Assembly (NCBI GenBank): GCA_965215265.1
Contig: OZ244048.1
Span: 2,688,001 to 2,752,000, forward strand
Direction: 5' to 3'
Length of the DNA: 64,000 nucleotides
DNA from: Candidatus Poribacteria bacterium
GTDB lineage: Bacteria; Poribacteria; WGA-4E; WGA-3G
Shown in pieces: positions 40,154 through 50,056 of this stretch. Position numbers and translations under genes: made by a program. The notes beneath the pieces are model-generated. The model saw only the letters and a list, made by a program, of their open reading frames with translations. It was not told the DNA's origin and made no database searches. The first letter of the stretch is position 1; each line of letters opens with the position of its first letter.

Positions 40154-41574
40154 ACAAACGTCCTAATATCCTTTTTATCAATACCGACCAGCACTCCTGG
40201 GATGCCCTCTCTGCCTACGGAAATCCGTATCTTTGCACCCCTCATATTGATGAACTGCACAGAAATGGAACTTCCTTTCGCCGCTCATTCTGTACAGATC
40301 CAGTCTGTGCTGCTGCACGCTCCAGTTGGGCAACCGGGTTATATACCTCTGAAACTGGTGTCCCCTTCAACGCCGGGCATCTGCACCCAGAAATCCCTGA
40401 CCTCGGGCAAGTGCTTAATGCAGCCGGCTATAAAACCTTTCACTGTGGAAAGTGGCATGTACCAGGCAGAAACGTCCGGCAAAGCTTCCGCACACTCTAT
40501 TACGGAAAACGACACATCGGCGCAGGCGGTGCCGCATATTACGATGCAGCATCCACACACGCCGTCGCTGATTTTTTAACTAACTACGACACCGACGAAC
40601 CGTTTTACCTCCAAATCGGTTACGTCAACCCACACGACGTATGCGAATATCTGCACAACCACGAAGAAAAACACATCCCAAATCCTGTCCAACAAGGCAT
40701 GATTTCCGAGGAACTCTTGCCACCGCTCCCTCAAAACTTCCACTACGACGAACGCGAAACCGTACTACATCGCGTCTGTCGGCGAATTGATGACGCGCTT
40801 ATCCACGCTCCAATCCTAACAGCCGTTCGCACCTGGCACGAACTTCACTGGCGTTACCTACGATGGAACTATTACAGATTCATCGAAAAAGTTGATGCTG
40901 AAATTGGCAGAGTCCTCGCCCTACTACGCGAGACATCGCTGCACCGCAATACCCTCATCATCTTCAGTGCTGACCACGGTGAAGCTGGCGGCAGCCATCA
41001 AATGTTCCAGAAGTTCACGCTTTACGAAGAGAGCATACGAGTCCCATTCATCGTGGCTTGTTTAGGAGACGAAATGCAAATACCGAAAAATCGGTTCGAC
41101 GATACGCATTTCGTCTCCGGCGTTGACTTATTCCCGACTGTCTGTGATTACGCACGGATTGACATCCCCGATGCACTACAAGGAACTAGTCTTCGGCCAC
41201 TTTTAGAAGCAACGCAGAATCCCTGGCGCGATTATGCCTACATAGAGAGCAATTATTGGGGACGTGCAATTGTCACGGACAATTATAAATACATTACTGA
41301 ATACAAACCGAAACCGCTCGAGGATTTCGTACCACCCGGACCCGACGCACAGAATCTTGGGCTCGCGCAGCTCTTCAACCGGCACGATGATCCCGGAGAA
41401 ACCAAAAACCTCGCACAGGACATAAACTACAGCCACAGCCTTAAAACATGCCGAGATAAACTGCTTGCTGCTGAGGAGAAACTCCATCGACAACAAATTG
41501 TACATCCAAATCCGAGACGCGTCATCTCGAATTGGGGAGACCGGTTACGCACATATTGGCAACATAGCAGATAA
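40150..41574 (+). CDS. Sulfatase (S1, Cys-type)
   Basis: RPNILFINTDQH, CAAARSSWATG, GKWH, NPHD, SADHGE, LYEESIRVP; GGAGG SD. Confidence 0.92.
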   Translation: MNKRPNILFINTDQHSWDALSAYGNPYLCTPHIDELHRNGTSFRRSFCTDPVCAAARSSWATGLYTSETGVPFNAGHLHPEIPDLGQVLNAAGYKTFHCGKWHVPGRNVRQSFRTLYYGKRHIGAGGAAYYDAASTHAVADFLTNYDTDEPFYLQIGYVNPHDVCEYLHNHEEKHIPNPVQQGMISEELLPPLPQNFHYDERETVLHRVCRRIDDALIHAPILTAVRTWHELHWRYLRWNYYRFIEKVDAEIGRVLALLRETSLHRNTLIIFSADHGEAGGSHQMFQKFTLYEESIRVPFIVACLGDEMQIPKNRFDDTHFVSGVDLFPTVCDYARIDIPDALQGTSLRPLLEATQNPWRDYAYIESNYWGRAIVTDNYKYITEYKPKPLEDFVPPGPDAQNLGLAQLFNRHDDPGETKNLAQDINYSHSLKTCRDKLLAAEEKLHRQQIVHPNPRRVISNWGDRLRTYWQHSR

Positions 41575-41599
41575 GGATTCGGGTGGGCGGGAGAGACCT

Positions 41600-42000
41600 C
41601 TATACGATTGCCAATTTTCAAGGGGACTTGATCTCGATAACCACATTGCCGTGCGATAAGTTCTCCGGTATCACGACAAAATGTCTTCCAGATTTAGCCT
41701 CTGTTTGGCTGTTTCTCAGCTAACGCCACATCTCATCCAGTTCAAGCACAACCGCATCTGTATCAGGTTCAGGCCGTTCTGCGTCTGCGGTACTGAAGTG
41801 GCGTATCCATCGCATGATGGTGCTAGGAGCAACATCAAAGATTCTCGAGATGGCACTCATGGAAAGTCGATGGCAGTAAAGAAACATAGCTAATGTGTGT
41901 TCGGCAAGCGCTCTGCCGTGCAAGTTTCTTTCTGTCCATTGATAGTTGCAACGTTTGCACTTATAACCTTGCTTTTAGTTGACGAATCCATTTTTTGCTT
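41600..42000 (-). mobile_element. Degenerate IS1-family transposase remnant (InsA/InsB)
   Basis: KNGFVN*KQGYKCKRCNYQWT zinc ribbon; HTH LSMSAISRIFDVAPSTIMRWI; LELDEMW*; then in a shifted frame IWKTFCRDTGELIARQCGYRD; internal stops. Confidence 0.85.
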
Positions 42001-42047
42001 GACCTATTTGTCAAACGTGCATAAAATTCTGAAGAGTGGAGGCAAAA

Positions 42048-43109
42048 ATGAACAAATATCGTGTAGCCATCATCGGGTGCGGACGCATGGGACAAAACTA
42101 TGCACAAGCATACACTACCTATCCCGACACCCAAATCGTCGCAATTGCAGACATCAACGCAGAAAGACGACAGATACTCGGAACACGTTTCAACGTCGCT
42201 GCCCTCTATCCAGACGCGGAAACCCTACTCCGCGAGGTCGTACCGGATATCGCAGCTATTGTCACACCGACTAAGTACATGAGAGATGCTGTCATCGCTT
42301 GTGCCGAAGCAGGTGTAAAGGGTATCTCCACTGAAAAACCGATTGCAGGCATCCTACAAGATGCCGACGCAATGGTTGATACGTGCGCCGAACGCAATGT
42401 CGTCTTCGCAGGCGGCAACCTACAACGGGCCATGAACGAGGTCCAAGAAGCCGCCAAACGCATACACAGCGCTGATGTCGGAAAACTCAAAGGCGCTGCC
42501 GTACACGGATTCGGAGGCGAAATCTCCGGCGGCGGATGCCAACACATCTCTATCCTGCGACTCTTCACCAATGCTGAAATCACTGAAGTTACCGCCTGGG
42601 GCACCCCACATGAAGCCTTAAACACCGAAACCGACGATGGAATCATTGTTCACGGGCACTTCCAGCTCTCCAACGGAATCCACTGCAACGTCTTCGGCAC
42701 TCCTACTCCCTACCGCGGCGTAGATGTCTGGAACGACGAATATCTCCTCCGATGGGATTGGAAACCGCCTGAGATTTTCAAGGGCACCGATGAAAAGGGG
42801 CATCGCAAACGTCTCCGTATTAAATACACAACTTATCCATGGAGCCAATTCGGATACCTCACCGGTTCCATCCGCTCTTTCTTAGCCGCCGTCGCAGGCG
42901 AGGGACAACCCTGGATTACCGGCAAAGACCTGCGACAAGCGTTGGAGGTCGCAATTGCCACCAAACTGTCCGCACAACGCAACAGCACCACCATTAAACT
43001 CCCCTTGGTAGATAGAACCGCAGCGCTCTACCCCCGGCCATATCGATGGCTCGGCGGAGACCTAACAGGAAATCCGCAAACCGTCAATGAAGCAATAGTC
43101 TCACAATGA
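42048..43109 (+). CDS. Gfo/Idh/MocA family oxidoreductase
   Basis: VAIIGCGRMG, TEKP; GGAGG SD. Confidence 0.9.
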   Translation: MNKYRVAIIGCGRMGQNYAQAYTTYPDTQIVAIADINAERRQILGTRFNVAALYPDAETLLREVVPDIAAIVTPTKYMRDAVIACAEAGVKGISTEKPIAGILQDADAMVDTCAERNVVFAGGNLQRAMNEVQEAAKRIHSADVGKLKGAAVHGFGGEISGGGCQHISILRLFTNAEITEVTAWGTPHEALNTETDDGIIVHGHFQLSNGIHCNVFGTPTPYRGVDVWNDEYLLRWDWKPPEIFKGTDEKGHRKRLRIKYTTYPWSQFGYLTGSIRSFLAAVAGEGQPWITGKDLRQALEVAIATKLSAQRNSTTIKLPLVDRTAALYPRPYRWLGGDLTGNPQTVNEAIVSQ

Positions 43110-43945
43110 TAGCCACTCCGGAGAACCTAAGCATGAACGAAGAACAGAAATACCTATTCGATCTCACCGGGTACTTGATTCTTGAAAACGCATTGAGCTC
43201 AGAAGAAGTCACACTGTGTAACAAAGCAATAGACCATCACATTGAGCGACTGAGAGAACGCGAAAACTCACTCGCCGGAGGTTCTGAAGCAGGAGGCGGA
43301 ACCGCACACCGAATGGACATGGGCGGGATGCTCGCCTGGGAAAAACCGTGGTGTGAACGCTTCCGAAAACTCCTAGTACATCCTAACGTCAAGCCATACC
43401 TCCAGGAAATTCTTGGCAAAAAATACCGGCTTGATCACGGGCCCGGTCTCATCGCCATGGAAAACGGCACCGAAGGCGGCACCCTACACGGCGGCGGGAT
43501 TGAACGCCCCAATTTTTCCGAAGCCTACTTCTTCAAATACGGACGAATCTACACCGGACTCACCGTCGTTGAATACATGCTCGCTGACGAAAACCCCGGC
43601 GACGGCAGCTTAGCACTCATCCCCGGCAGTCACAAAGCCAATTTACCGTGCCCAAGCAGTATGAAACGCTACGAAAAACACCAGCACTTGGTCCAGGAAG
43701 TCAACGCCAACGTCGGCGATGCCGTCATCTTTACCGAAAACTTGACGCACGGCCCTCTCCCTTGGAAAGCCAAACACCAACGACGTGCGCTGCTCTATAA
43801 ATTCAGCCCCGGATTCCAAGCATACAGTGCCGGCGCACACCAGATCTCATATCCAGAATACATTGAGGCGATGACACCTGAACAACGGGAAGTTTTCGTA
43901 TCTTTCAGCTCATCAACGGCTGATGTTGTGTCAATCACTGTATAA
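43106..43945 (+). CDS. PhyH-family Fe(II)/2OG enzyme, HxG variant; C-terminus supplied by a repeat element
   Basis: EQKYLFDLTGYL, LHGGG, PGSHK, FTENLTHG. Confidence 0.85.
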   Translation: MIATPENLSMNEEQKYLFDLTGYLILENALSSEEVTLCNKAIDHHIERLRERENSLAGGSEAGGGTAHRMDMGGMLAWEKPWCERFRKLLVHPNVKPYLQEILGKKYRLDHGPGLIAMENGTEGGTLHGGGIERPNFSEAYFFKYGRIYTGLTVVEYMLADENPGDGSLALIPGSHKANLPCPSSMKRYEKHQHLVQEVNANVGDAVIFTENLTHGPLPWKAKHQRRALLYKFSPGFQAYSAGAHQISYPEYIEAMTPEQREVFVSFSSSTADVVSITV

Positions 43946-43983
43946 ATCTCGTCAGAGCCATTCGATGTATTGAATCATAACAT
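43893..43983 (+). repeat. Dispersed repeat family, copy D (overlaps the PhyH stop codon)
   Basis: TTTTCGTATCTTTCAGC-29nt-TGTATAAATCTCGTCAGAGCCATTCGATGTATTG. Confidence 0.85.
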
Positions 43984-44028
43984 GGAAGCACCACACATCA
44001 GGCATTAATCTTTACACAGGAGAAAACC

Positions 44029-44979
44029 ATGTCTAAACTACGAGTCGCCGTCATTGGCTGCGGCGGCAGAGGCCGCGGCCACATGAAAATTCTTACCGAA
44101 TTTGACGATACCGCGCTCATCGCAGTCGCTGACCCCGTCGAAGCAGCACGAAACAACGCTGGCGATAACTACAACGTCTCAAACCGATACGAATCCATAG
44201 ACGCACTACTCGATAATGAAACACTCGACGCTGTCTTTGTCGCCACCCCCGCGCATCTCAACGGAGAAGCAGCACTCCCATGTCTCGCACGCGGCATACA
44301 CACACTTTTGGAAAAACCACCCGGAATGAACGTCGCTGAAACACAAAACTTGCGGGATACCGCCAAAAACACAGGCGCGAAAGGTATGGTCGGCTGGAAC
44401 CGCCGCTTTCATCCCCTCATTACTCAAGCAAAGCAGCTCGTCACTCACAGGGGACGCGTCACGCAAATCGTCGGCGAATTCCACAAAAGCATCAACCGAC
44501 TCGCACAATCCGGCAAATTCCCTGAACAACTGATGGATAACATGTTTCTCGAAACACCCATACACGCCCTCGATGTACTACGCGCCATCGCAGAAGCCGA
44601 CGTACTGGAGGTGCATAGTTTTGTCAACCGAACCATCTCTGCTTACAAAGATGTACACGCCGCACTGATCCGCTTTGAAAACGGCTGCGTCGCACAACTC
44701 ATCGCTAACTATACCACGGATGCACGCCTTGAACGCTACGAAATCCACGGACGAAACATCTCCGCTTACCTCGAAGGCGTATCCCGCGGAACCGTTTTCG
44801 CCGACGGAAAACAGTCCGAATTGACAGGCACAGCTACCGGCGGCACCGTCGAACAGAATCGTTACTTCTTAGATTGCGTCAAATCCGATACGCCCGTTTC
44901 ATTACCTGCAGCAAATCTCGACGAAGCTGTCAAAACCATGCAACTCGCTGAAGCAATTCTCAGCAACCTTATAGAGTGA
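44029..44979 (+). CDS. Gfo/Idh/MocA family oxidoreductase
   Basis: VAVIGCGGRG, LEKPPG, GWNRRF, IHALD. Confidence 0.92.
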   Translation: MSKLRVAVIGCGGRGRGHMKILTEFDDTALIAVADPVEAARNNAGDNYNVSNRYESIDALLDNETLDAVFVATPAHLNGEAALPCLARGIHTLLEKPPGMNVAETQNLRDTAKNTGAKGMVGWNRRFHPLITQAKQLVTHRGRVTQIVGEFHKSINRLAQSGKFPEQLMDNMFLETPIHALDVLRAIAEADVLEVHSFVNRTISAYKDVHAALIRFENGCVAQLIANYTTDARLERYEIHGRNISAYLEGVSRGTVFADGKQSELTGTATGGTVEQNRYFLDCVKSDTPVSLPAANLDEAVKTMQLAEAILSNLIE

Positions 44980-45029
44980 AATTCCCAGCCCCATCGCTGT
45001 GGAAACTATCACATAGAGAAGGAAAAACG

Positions 45030-45854
45030 ATGAGCTCCATAGAAAAACGCTTTGAGACTTACAAAACCGACGGATTCACCATTTTTGAGAACGTTTTTGA
45101 CGAACCACAGATGCAAAGCTGGCGGGAAAAACACCACCAGCTCTCAGAACAAAATAATGGACAAACGTGGTTCGGAAATACCCTCGAATTGGCACCGGAT
45201 ATCATGTGGCCCGCTGTCACGAACCCGACCCTCCTCGACTTTATAGAAAAGGTTATGGGGCCCTTCGTGCAGCTAGACAACCTAACCCTCGCTGCCTTCC
45301 CTTCAGTGGAACCCGAAAAAGCAGAAGGCCGGGTCTCCGGCTGGCACCGAGACCGCTGGGCACACGTCCCTTACACCGATGCATATCACCGCCCCAACGC
45401 CATTAATGCCATCTCCTACCTGCAAGATCTTACCGATGAGTTCGGACCTCTCCGTGTCATTGTCGGTTCACATCGGAAACCTCTCACGATGGAGAACGGA
45501 CAACGCGCAAAGACGCATCCCGACGAAACCTGCATCCACATGAAAGCCGGCGATGTCGTCATCACACACAACGGACTCGTCCACTCCGGCACACCCAATA
45601 CCTCCGGACGACTCCGCTATTTCTTCAGTATCTACTACAACCTGACCTGGCTCAAACACACCGACCATCACACCGGACCTAACACCCAAAAATTGCTCGC
45701 TGAAGCAAAAGCCGCTAACAACCATCGCCTCATGCGACTTCTCGGCCTAGATGAACAACTCCAACCCCGGTGTAACTCAGGCTTCCTACAGCCTGACGAA
45801 GAACGATGGCTCGAATGGGCAAACGCTGAACGCGCCGCACTACAAGGAGGATAA
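45030..45854 (+). CDS. PhyH-family dioxygenase (HxD)
   Basis: GWHRD, YLQDLT..FGPL..GSH, KAGDVV..HNGLVHSG. Confidence 0.9.
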   Translation: MSSIEKRFETYKTDGFTIFENVFDEPQMQSWREKHHQLSEQNNGQTWFGNTLELAPDIMWPAVTNPTLLDFIEKVMGPFVQLDNLTLAAFPSVEPEKAEGRVSGWHRDRWAHVPYTDAYHRPNAINAISYLQDLTDEFGPLRVIVGSHRKPLTMENGQRAKTHPDETCIHMKAGDVVITHNGLVHSGTPNTSGRLRYFFSIYYNLTWLKHTDHHTGPNTQKLLAEAKAANNHRLMRLLGLDEQLQPRCNSGFLQPDEERWLEWANAERAALQGG

Positions 45855-45857
45855 AGC

Positions 45858-46604
45858 ATGGCAGAGGTTCCTGTTGTACCAACCACACTCAACGTTCAAC
45901 TCGACTTTCAATTACAGCAAGAGGTCGATTTCTTCCTAAGATGGGGATACCTCGTCGTCGATAATGCCGCAACACCGGAGCAGATCCAATCACTTCGAGA
46001 CGCGCTCGATGAAGCTTACAAACGCCGCGACAAAGCCCAATTCATCGGAGAACTCCTTGAAGAGGACGACAGGTTCGCCTTTCTCTTAGACAATCCACCC
46101 GTCATGAAACGCATGCAAGCCATTTTAGGCACCTGCGTACAACTACACAGCGCAACCGCACGCATCACTGAACCCGGAACCCCTGATCAGAATTGGCACC
46201 GAGACGGACCCTGGCCCGTCGATCCATACGGAACACCCTACGGCAGCCTACCCGCACAGATTAACTGCGGATACTACCTCGACGAAATCACTCACGATAC
46301 CGGACCCACCGTCGTACAACCCGGCAGCCATAGAGCCCCGTTCCGGCCACCAGCAAGCCCTGTCCAACTCCCTGACGAAAAACGGGTGTTAGTCTCACCA
46401 GGGCAAGCCGTCATGTTTGATGGATGGACATGGCACCGCGGTGCCGCAAACACCTCTTCACAACGCAGACGCGTCTGCTTGATGTGTTATCAGAACGCTT
46501 GGATGAAATCGCGCGAGCCCTTTAACGGGCAACGCGTCACAAAACTACGAGAAAACGGCACGCCACAGCAGAAACTCTTGCTCGGCGCAATCCCAAAATG
46601 GTAA
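45858..46604 (+). CDS. PhyH-family dioxygenase (HxD)
   Basis: NWHRD, PGSH, FDGWTWHRG..N. Confidence 0.9.
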   Translation: MAEVPVVPTTLNVQLDFQLQQEVDFFLRWGYLVVDNAATPEQIQSLRDALDEAYKRRDKAQFIGELLEEDDRFAFLLDNPPVMKRMQAILGTCVQLHSATARITEPGTPDQNWHRDGPWPVDPYGTPYGSLPAQINCGYYLDEITHDTGPTVVQPGSHRAPFRPPASPVQLPDEKRVLVSPGQAVMFDGWTWHRGAANTSSQRRRVCLMCYQNAWMKSREPFNGQRVTKLRENGTPQQKLLLGAIPKW

Positions 46605-46623
46605 ACATACCGAAGGAGAAAAA

Positions 46624-48078
46624 ATGAACCTCGCTTACATTGTTATCGACACTCTACGCTACGACTACATCGCCGCAAATGGCAATCATTGGATTCAAAC
46701 GCCTAACATAGATGCTTTCGCCGCTAAATCCTGGGCTTTTGACCGTGCCTTCTGTGCCAGCTTCCCTACCATCCCTTACCGAACCGATGTCATCACTGGA
46801 CAATACGGCGCGCCCTTCCACCCTTGGAAACCGCTACGACATGAACGACAGACGCTACCTTGGACGCTCGCGCAATGCGGCTACGCTACACAACTCATTC
46901 ACGACACGCCACACCTCGTCAATGGCGGACATAACTTCGACTGGCCCTTCCACGCATGGACCTTTGTCCGGGGTGCTGAAGTCGATAGAGACTGGATTAC
47001 CGACAAAGTCGTCTGGCCCGACAACTGGACCCGACAACCGCTCTTTGATTGCATCCCTGAACGCGCAGCCGAATCCGGTATGCTCCGTAGCTACGCACGT
47101 GCCAACAGAAACCGCAAAAAACCTGACGATTGGAACTGTGCTAAACTCTTCAATACCGCCGCACAATTCCTCAAGGACAACGCAAACCGAGAGAACTTCT
47201 TCCTCTGGGTCGACTGCTTCGATCCGCACGAACCCTGGGACGCACCCCTCGAATTCATGAAAAAATACGATACACGCCCAGACTACGACGGCCGTGTCGA
47301 CCCGCGAAGCCTTGGCGGACGAAATAATCCCAACCTCTCCGATCTGGCAAAACAGCACATTAAAGCACAATATGCCGCAAAACTCTCCTGGATGGATGAC
47401 TGCTTCGGGCAATTCCTCGACGCATTGGAAACCACCGGACTCCACAAAAACACCACCGTCATTCTCACCGGAGACCACGGCACCAATGTAGGCGAACGCG
47501 GCACATTTGGAAAAGGGCAACCTGTCCGACAGCAAGAAGCACACGTACCGCTCTTTATCCGATTACCCGACGGCGATGCCGGACGCAGCAACGTCATCGT
47601 CCAACCGCAGGACTTCTTCCCTACGATTCTCAACATCCTCGGCGAAACTTGTCCTGACGGCATTGATGGACACGACATCTTAACACCCGCACGTGAACGG
47701 AAAACCGGACCACGGCACCTCGCATTATCCGGAGGAAGCATTGAGCGATGGCAACAAGCCGCAGATAACCCCAATCTTGTCCTCTTCACTACCTTCAATC
47801 AAGATTGGAGTTTAGAAGTCACCGCCAAACCGGAAAATTCACGACTCATCCGACTCGGGGACTTAGAGAACGTTGCCGACAAGCATCCGGACATCGTCGC
47901 ACAACTCCACACCGAAGCCCTTGACGACATCGAACACCGCGGCACAGATCCGGAACTCATCGCATGGCTCCGCAGCGGCGGCGAACGCGAATTCCCTACA
48001 GATGCGACATACTGGGATGGATACCCCGGCCCCGCCGGCTTCCGACCCTATTTCGGGAAACTCTACACCGGCGATTAA
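46624..48078 (+). CDS. Sulfatase-like hydrolase with Thr at the nucleophile position
   Basis: IVIDTLRYD, SFPTIPYRTDVITG, FDPHEPWD, TGDHG. Confidence 0.85.
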   Translation: MNLAYIVIDTLRYDYIAANGNHWIQTPNIDAFAAKSWAFDRAFCASFPTIPYRTDVITGQYGAPFHPWKPLRHERQTLPWTLAQCGYATQLIHDTPHLVNGGHNFDWPFHAWTFVRGAEVDRDWITDKVVWPDNWTRQPLFDCIPERAAESGMLRSYARANRNRKKPDDWNCAKLFNTAAQFLKDNANRENFFLWVDCFDPHEPWDAPLEFMKKYDTRPDYDGRVDPRSLGGRNNPNLSDLAKQHIKAQYAAKLSWMDDCFGQFLDALETTGLHKNTTVILTGDHGTNVGERGTFGKGQPVRQQEAHVPLFIRLPDGDAGRSNVIVQPQDFFPTILNILGETCPDGIDGHDILTPARERKTGPRHLALSGGSIERWQQAADNPNLVLFTTFNQDWSLEVTAKPENSRLIRLGDLENVADKHPDIVAQLHTEALDDIEHRGTDPELIAWLRSGGEREFPTDATYWDGYPGPAGFRPYFGKLYTGD

Positions 48079-48199
48079 CCGCCGGCTCATGCTCAGCCGT
48101 TTAGGCCCTGCCGGCTTGTGAGGCCCGGTCGCTTCCCCACAAGCCGCGCAAGACGGAGATATACAAAAAAAACAAAAATACTTAACAGGTGAATCTATC

Positions 48200-48796
48200 A
48201 TGCAAGTACAGATCTTAATGGGCTCTACAACAGTGCAGGTACATCAAACGATTGCAGATACCGGATGCGATATCATCTATATCGACTGTCAGCACGCTCC
48301 CTATACCGAATGGGACATACACCGAATCTGTAAAGCTGCCGAACAAAAAGACGTACCCGTCCTCTTGCGCATTAAACACACCCGGCACGCTTACCGACTC
48401 GGCAATTACTGCGACCTCGGTGCCTTCGCTATCAAAGTCCCCGAAGTCGAAACCGAAGCCGTCGTAGACGAAGCCATCAATTCATTCTACTTCCCGCCTA
48501 TCGGAGGACGCAGTTGGGGCGGATGGATAGGATACGGCATCCAAAATAGAAAAGACCGGCGGCAATACGCCCAATGGTGGAACGAAAACGCAATCCTCGG
48601 TTTCAAAGTCGAGTCCATCAAATCCGTGCTGAACATACGCACGCTGGCCAAACCCGGCATCACCTACATCGACTTCGGACCTGCTGATCTCATGTTTAAC
48701 ATTGAAACCCACAACCATCCAACTCTCAACTCCATTAGCGACTGCAGAGCATTCATCAACAAAGAGCTAGAAGGTGTTAACGTCCGCGTTTTTTAA
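48200..48796 (+). CDS. HpcH/HpaI aldolase-family protein (short)
   Basis: DIIYIDCQHAP, KVPEVET, FPPIGGRSWG, KVES, FGPADL. Confidence 0.8.
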   Translation: MQVQILMGSTTVQVHQTIADTGCDIIYIDCQHAPYTEWDIHRICKAAEQKDVPVLLRIKHTRHAYRLGNYCDLGAFAIKVPEVETEAVVDEAINSFYFPPIGGRSWGGWIGYGIQNRKDRRQYAQWWNENAILGFKVESIKSVLNIRTLAKPGITYIDFGPADLMFNIETHNHPTLNSISDCRAFINKELEGVNVRVF

Positions 48797-48821
48797 TCCT
48801 TCAAAATCAGAGGAGAAAACC

Positions 48822-49871
48822 ATGCCACGCATATACAAAACCTGTCTCATCGGATGCGGAAGAATGGGCGCGACTATCGACGATGAAGTCGCAAACAGAC
48901 CCGATAGTTTTATCTGGCAGCCCTTCTCACATGCCGCCGCCGCTGTCGCTTGCGACAGAACTGACCTCATCGCCGTCTCTGACACCATCCCCGAGAAAGC
49001 TGAAGCCATCCGGCAACGCTATAGTGCCGAACGCGCCTATACCGATTACCGACAGATGATCGAAACCGAAAAACCGGACATCGTCTGCCTTGCAACACGC
49101 CCCGGACCGCACGCCGAGATTACCGTCTTCGCCGCCGAGCACAACGTCAAAGGCATCTACTGTGAGAAACCGCTCTGCTGCTCCATGGAAGAAGCCGATA
49201 TCATGGTTGACACTGTGCAAAAGCACGGTGTCAAATTCAATTACGGTACACAACGGCGCTATATGCCCATCTACCGCAAAGTACGCGAACTCGTCGACAC
49301 CGGCGAACTCGGAAAAATCCAATGCACCATCGCCCAATACGGTGCCAGTTCTGCACTCTGGGGATTAACCCATGCAGCCGACATGTTACTCTTCCTCGCC
49401 GGAGATCCCGAGGTTGACTTCGTCCAAGGTACCATCGCTTGCAACGAATCCGATTGGGACGGAAACCAATTAAACATAGACCCTGCGATTACCGGCGGAT
49501 ACGTCCGATTCTCAAACGGCGTTCACGGATACAATACCGCCGGCACCGGACCTGAATTTGAAGTGTGCGGCACCGCCGGCAAAATCAGGATTCTCAACAA
49601 CAGCAGGGAGTGTCAATTCCGCAAAAAAGAAGGCACCTTCCTCGAAGAAGTCCCTTTTCCGCGGGTCTCCCGGGCAACAGGCACCATCATGGGCATCACC
49701 GACATCGCCGAAGCGTTAGACGAAGACCGTGAAACAAAGGGACCCGTCCATCTCGCACGCCGCAGCCAGGAGCTCCTCATGGGCATGATTGAGTCACACC
49801 GACTAGGCGGACAGCATATCTCACTCCCCATGGAAAACCGCACCCTCTACGTCAGCGGAAAAAGTTGGTAA
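48822..49871 (+). CDS. Gfo/Idh/MocA family oxidoreductase
   Basis: LIGCGRMG, YCEKP, THAAD; AGGAG SD. Confidence 0.92.
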   Translation: MPRIYKTCLIGCGRMGATIDDEVANRPDSFIWQPFSHAAAAVACDRTDLIAVSDTIPEKAEAIRQRYSAERAYTDYRQMIETEKPDIVCLATRPGPHAEITVFAAEHNVKGIYCEKPLCCSMEEADIMVDTVQKHGVKFNYGTQRRYMPIYRKVRELVDTGELGKIQCTIAQYGASSALWGLTHAADMLLFLAGDPEVDFVQGTIACNESDWDGNQLNIDPAITGGYVRFSNGVHGYNTAGTGPEFEVCGTAGKIRILNNSRECQFRKKEGTFLEEVPFPRVSRATGTIMGITDIAEALDEDRETKGPVHLARRSQELLMGMIESHRLGGQHISLPMENRTLYVSGKSW

Positions 49872-50056
49872 AATCCACACCTTTGTGCCTACTCCGAGTG
49901 CCAAAGACAGCCGTAAAAAGACACTCTTTTGACTGCAATAGCAACCAGATCAACAATCCGGATAACACGACTGTTACACATCCGGAAACCGAGCCTCACT
50001 TGTCCAAATACGTGCCACTGCTTGCAGGGTGGCACGCACATAAAAAAGACACTATC

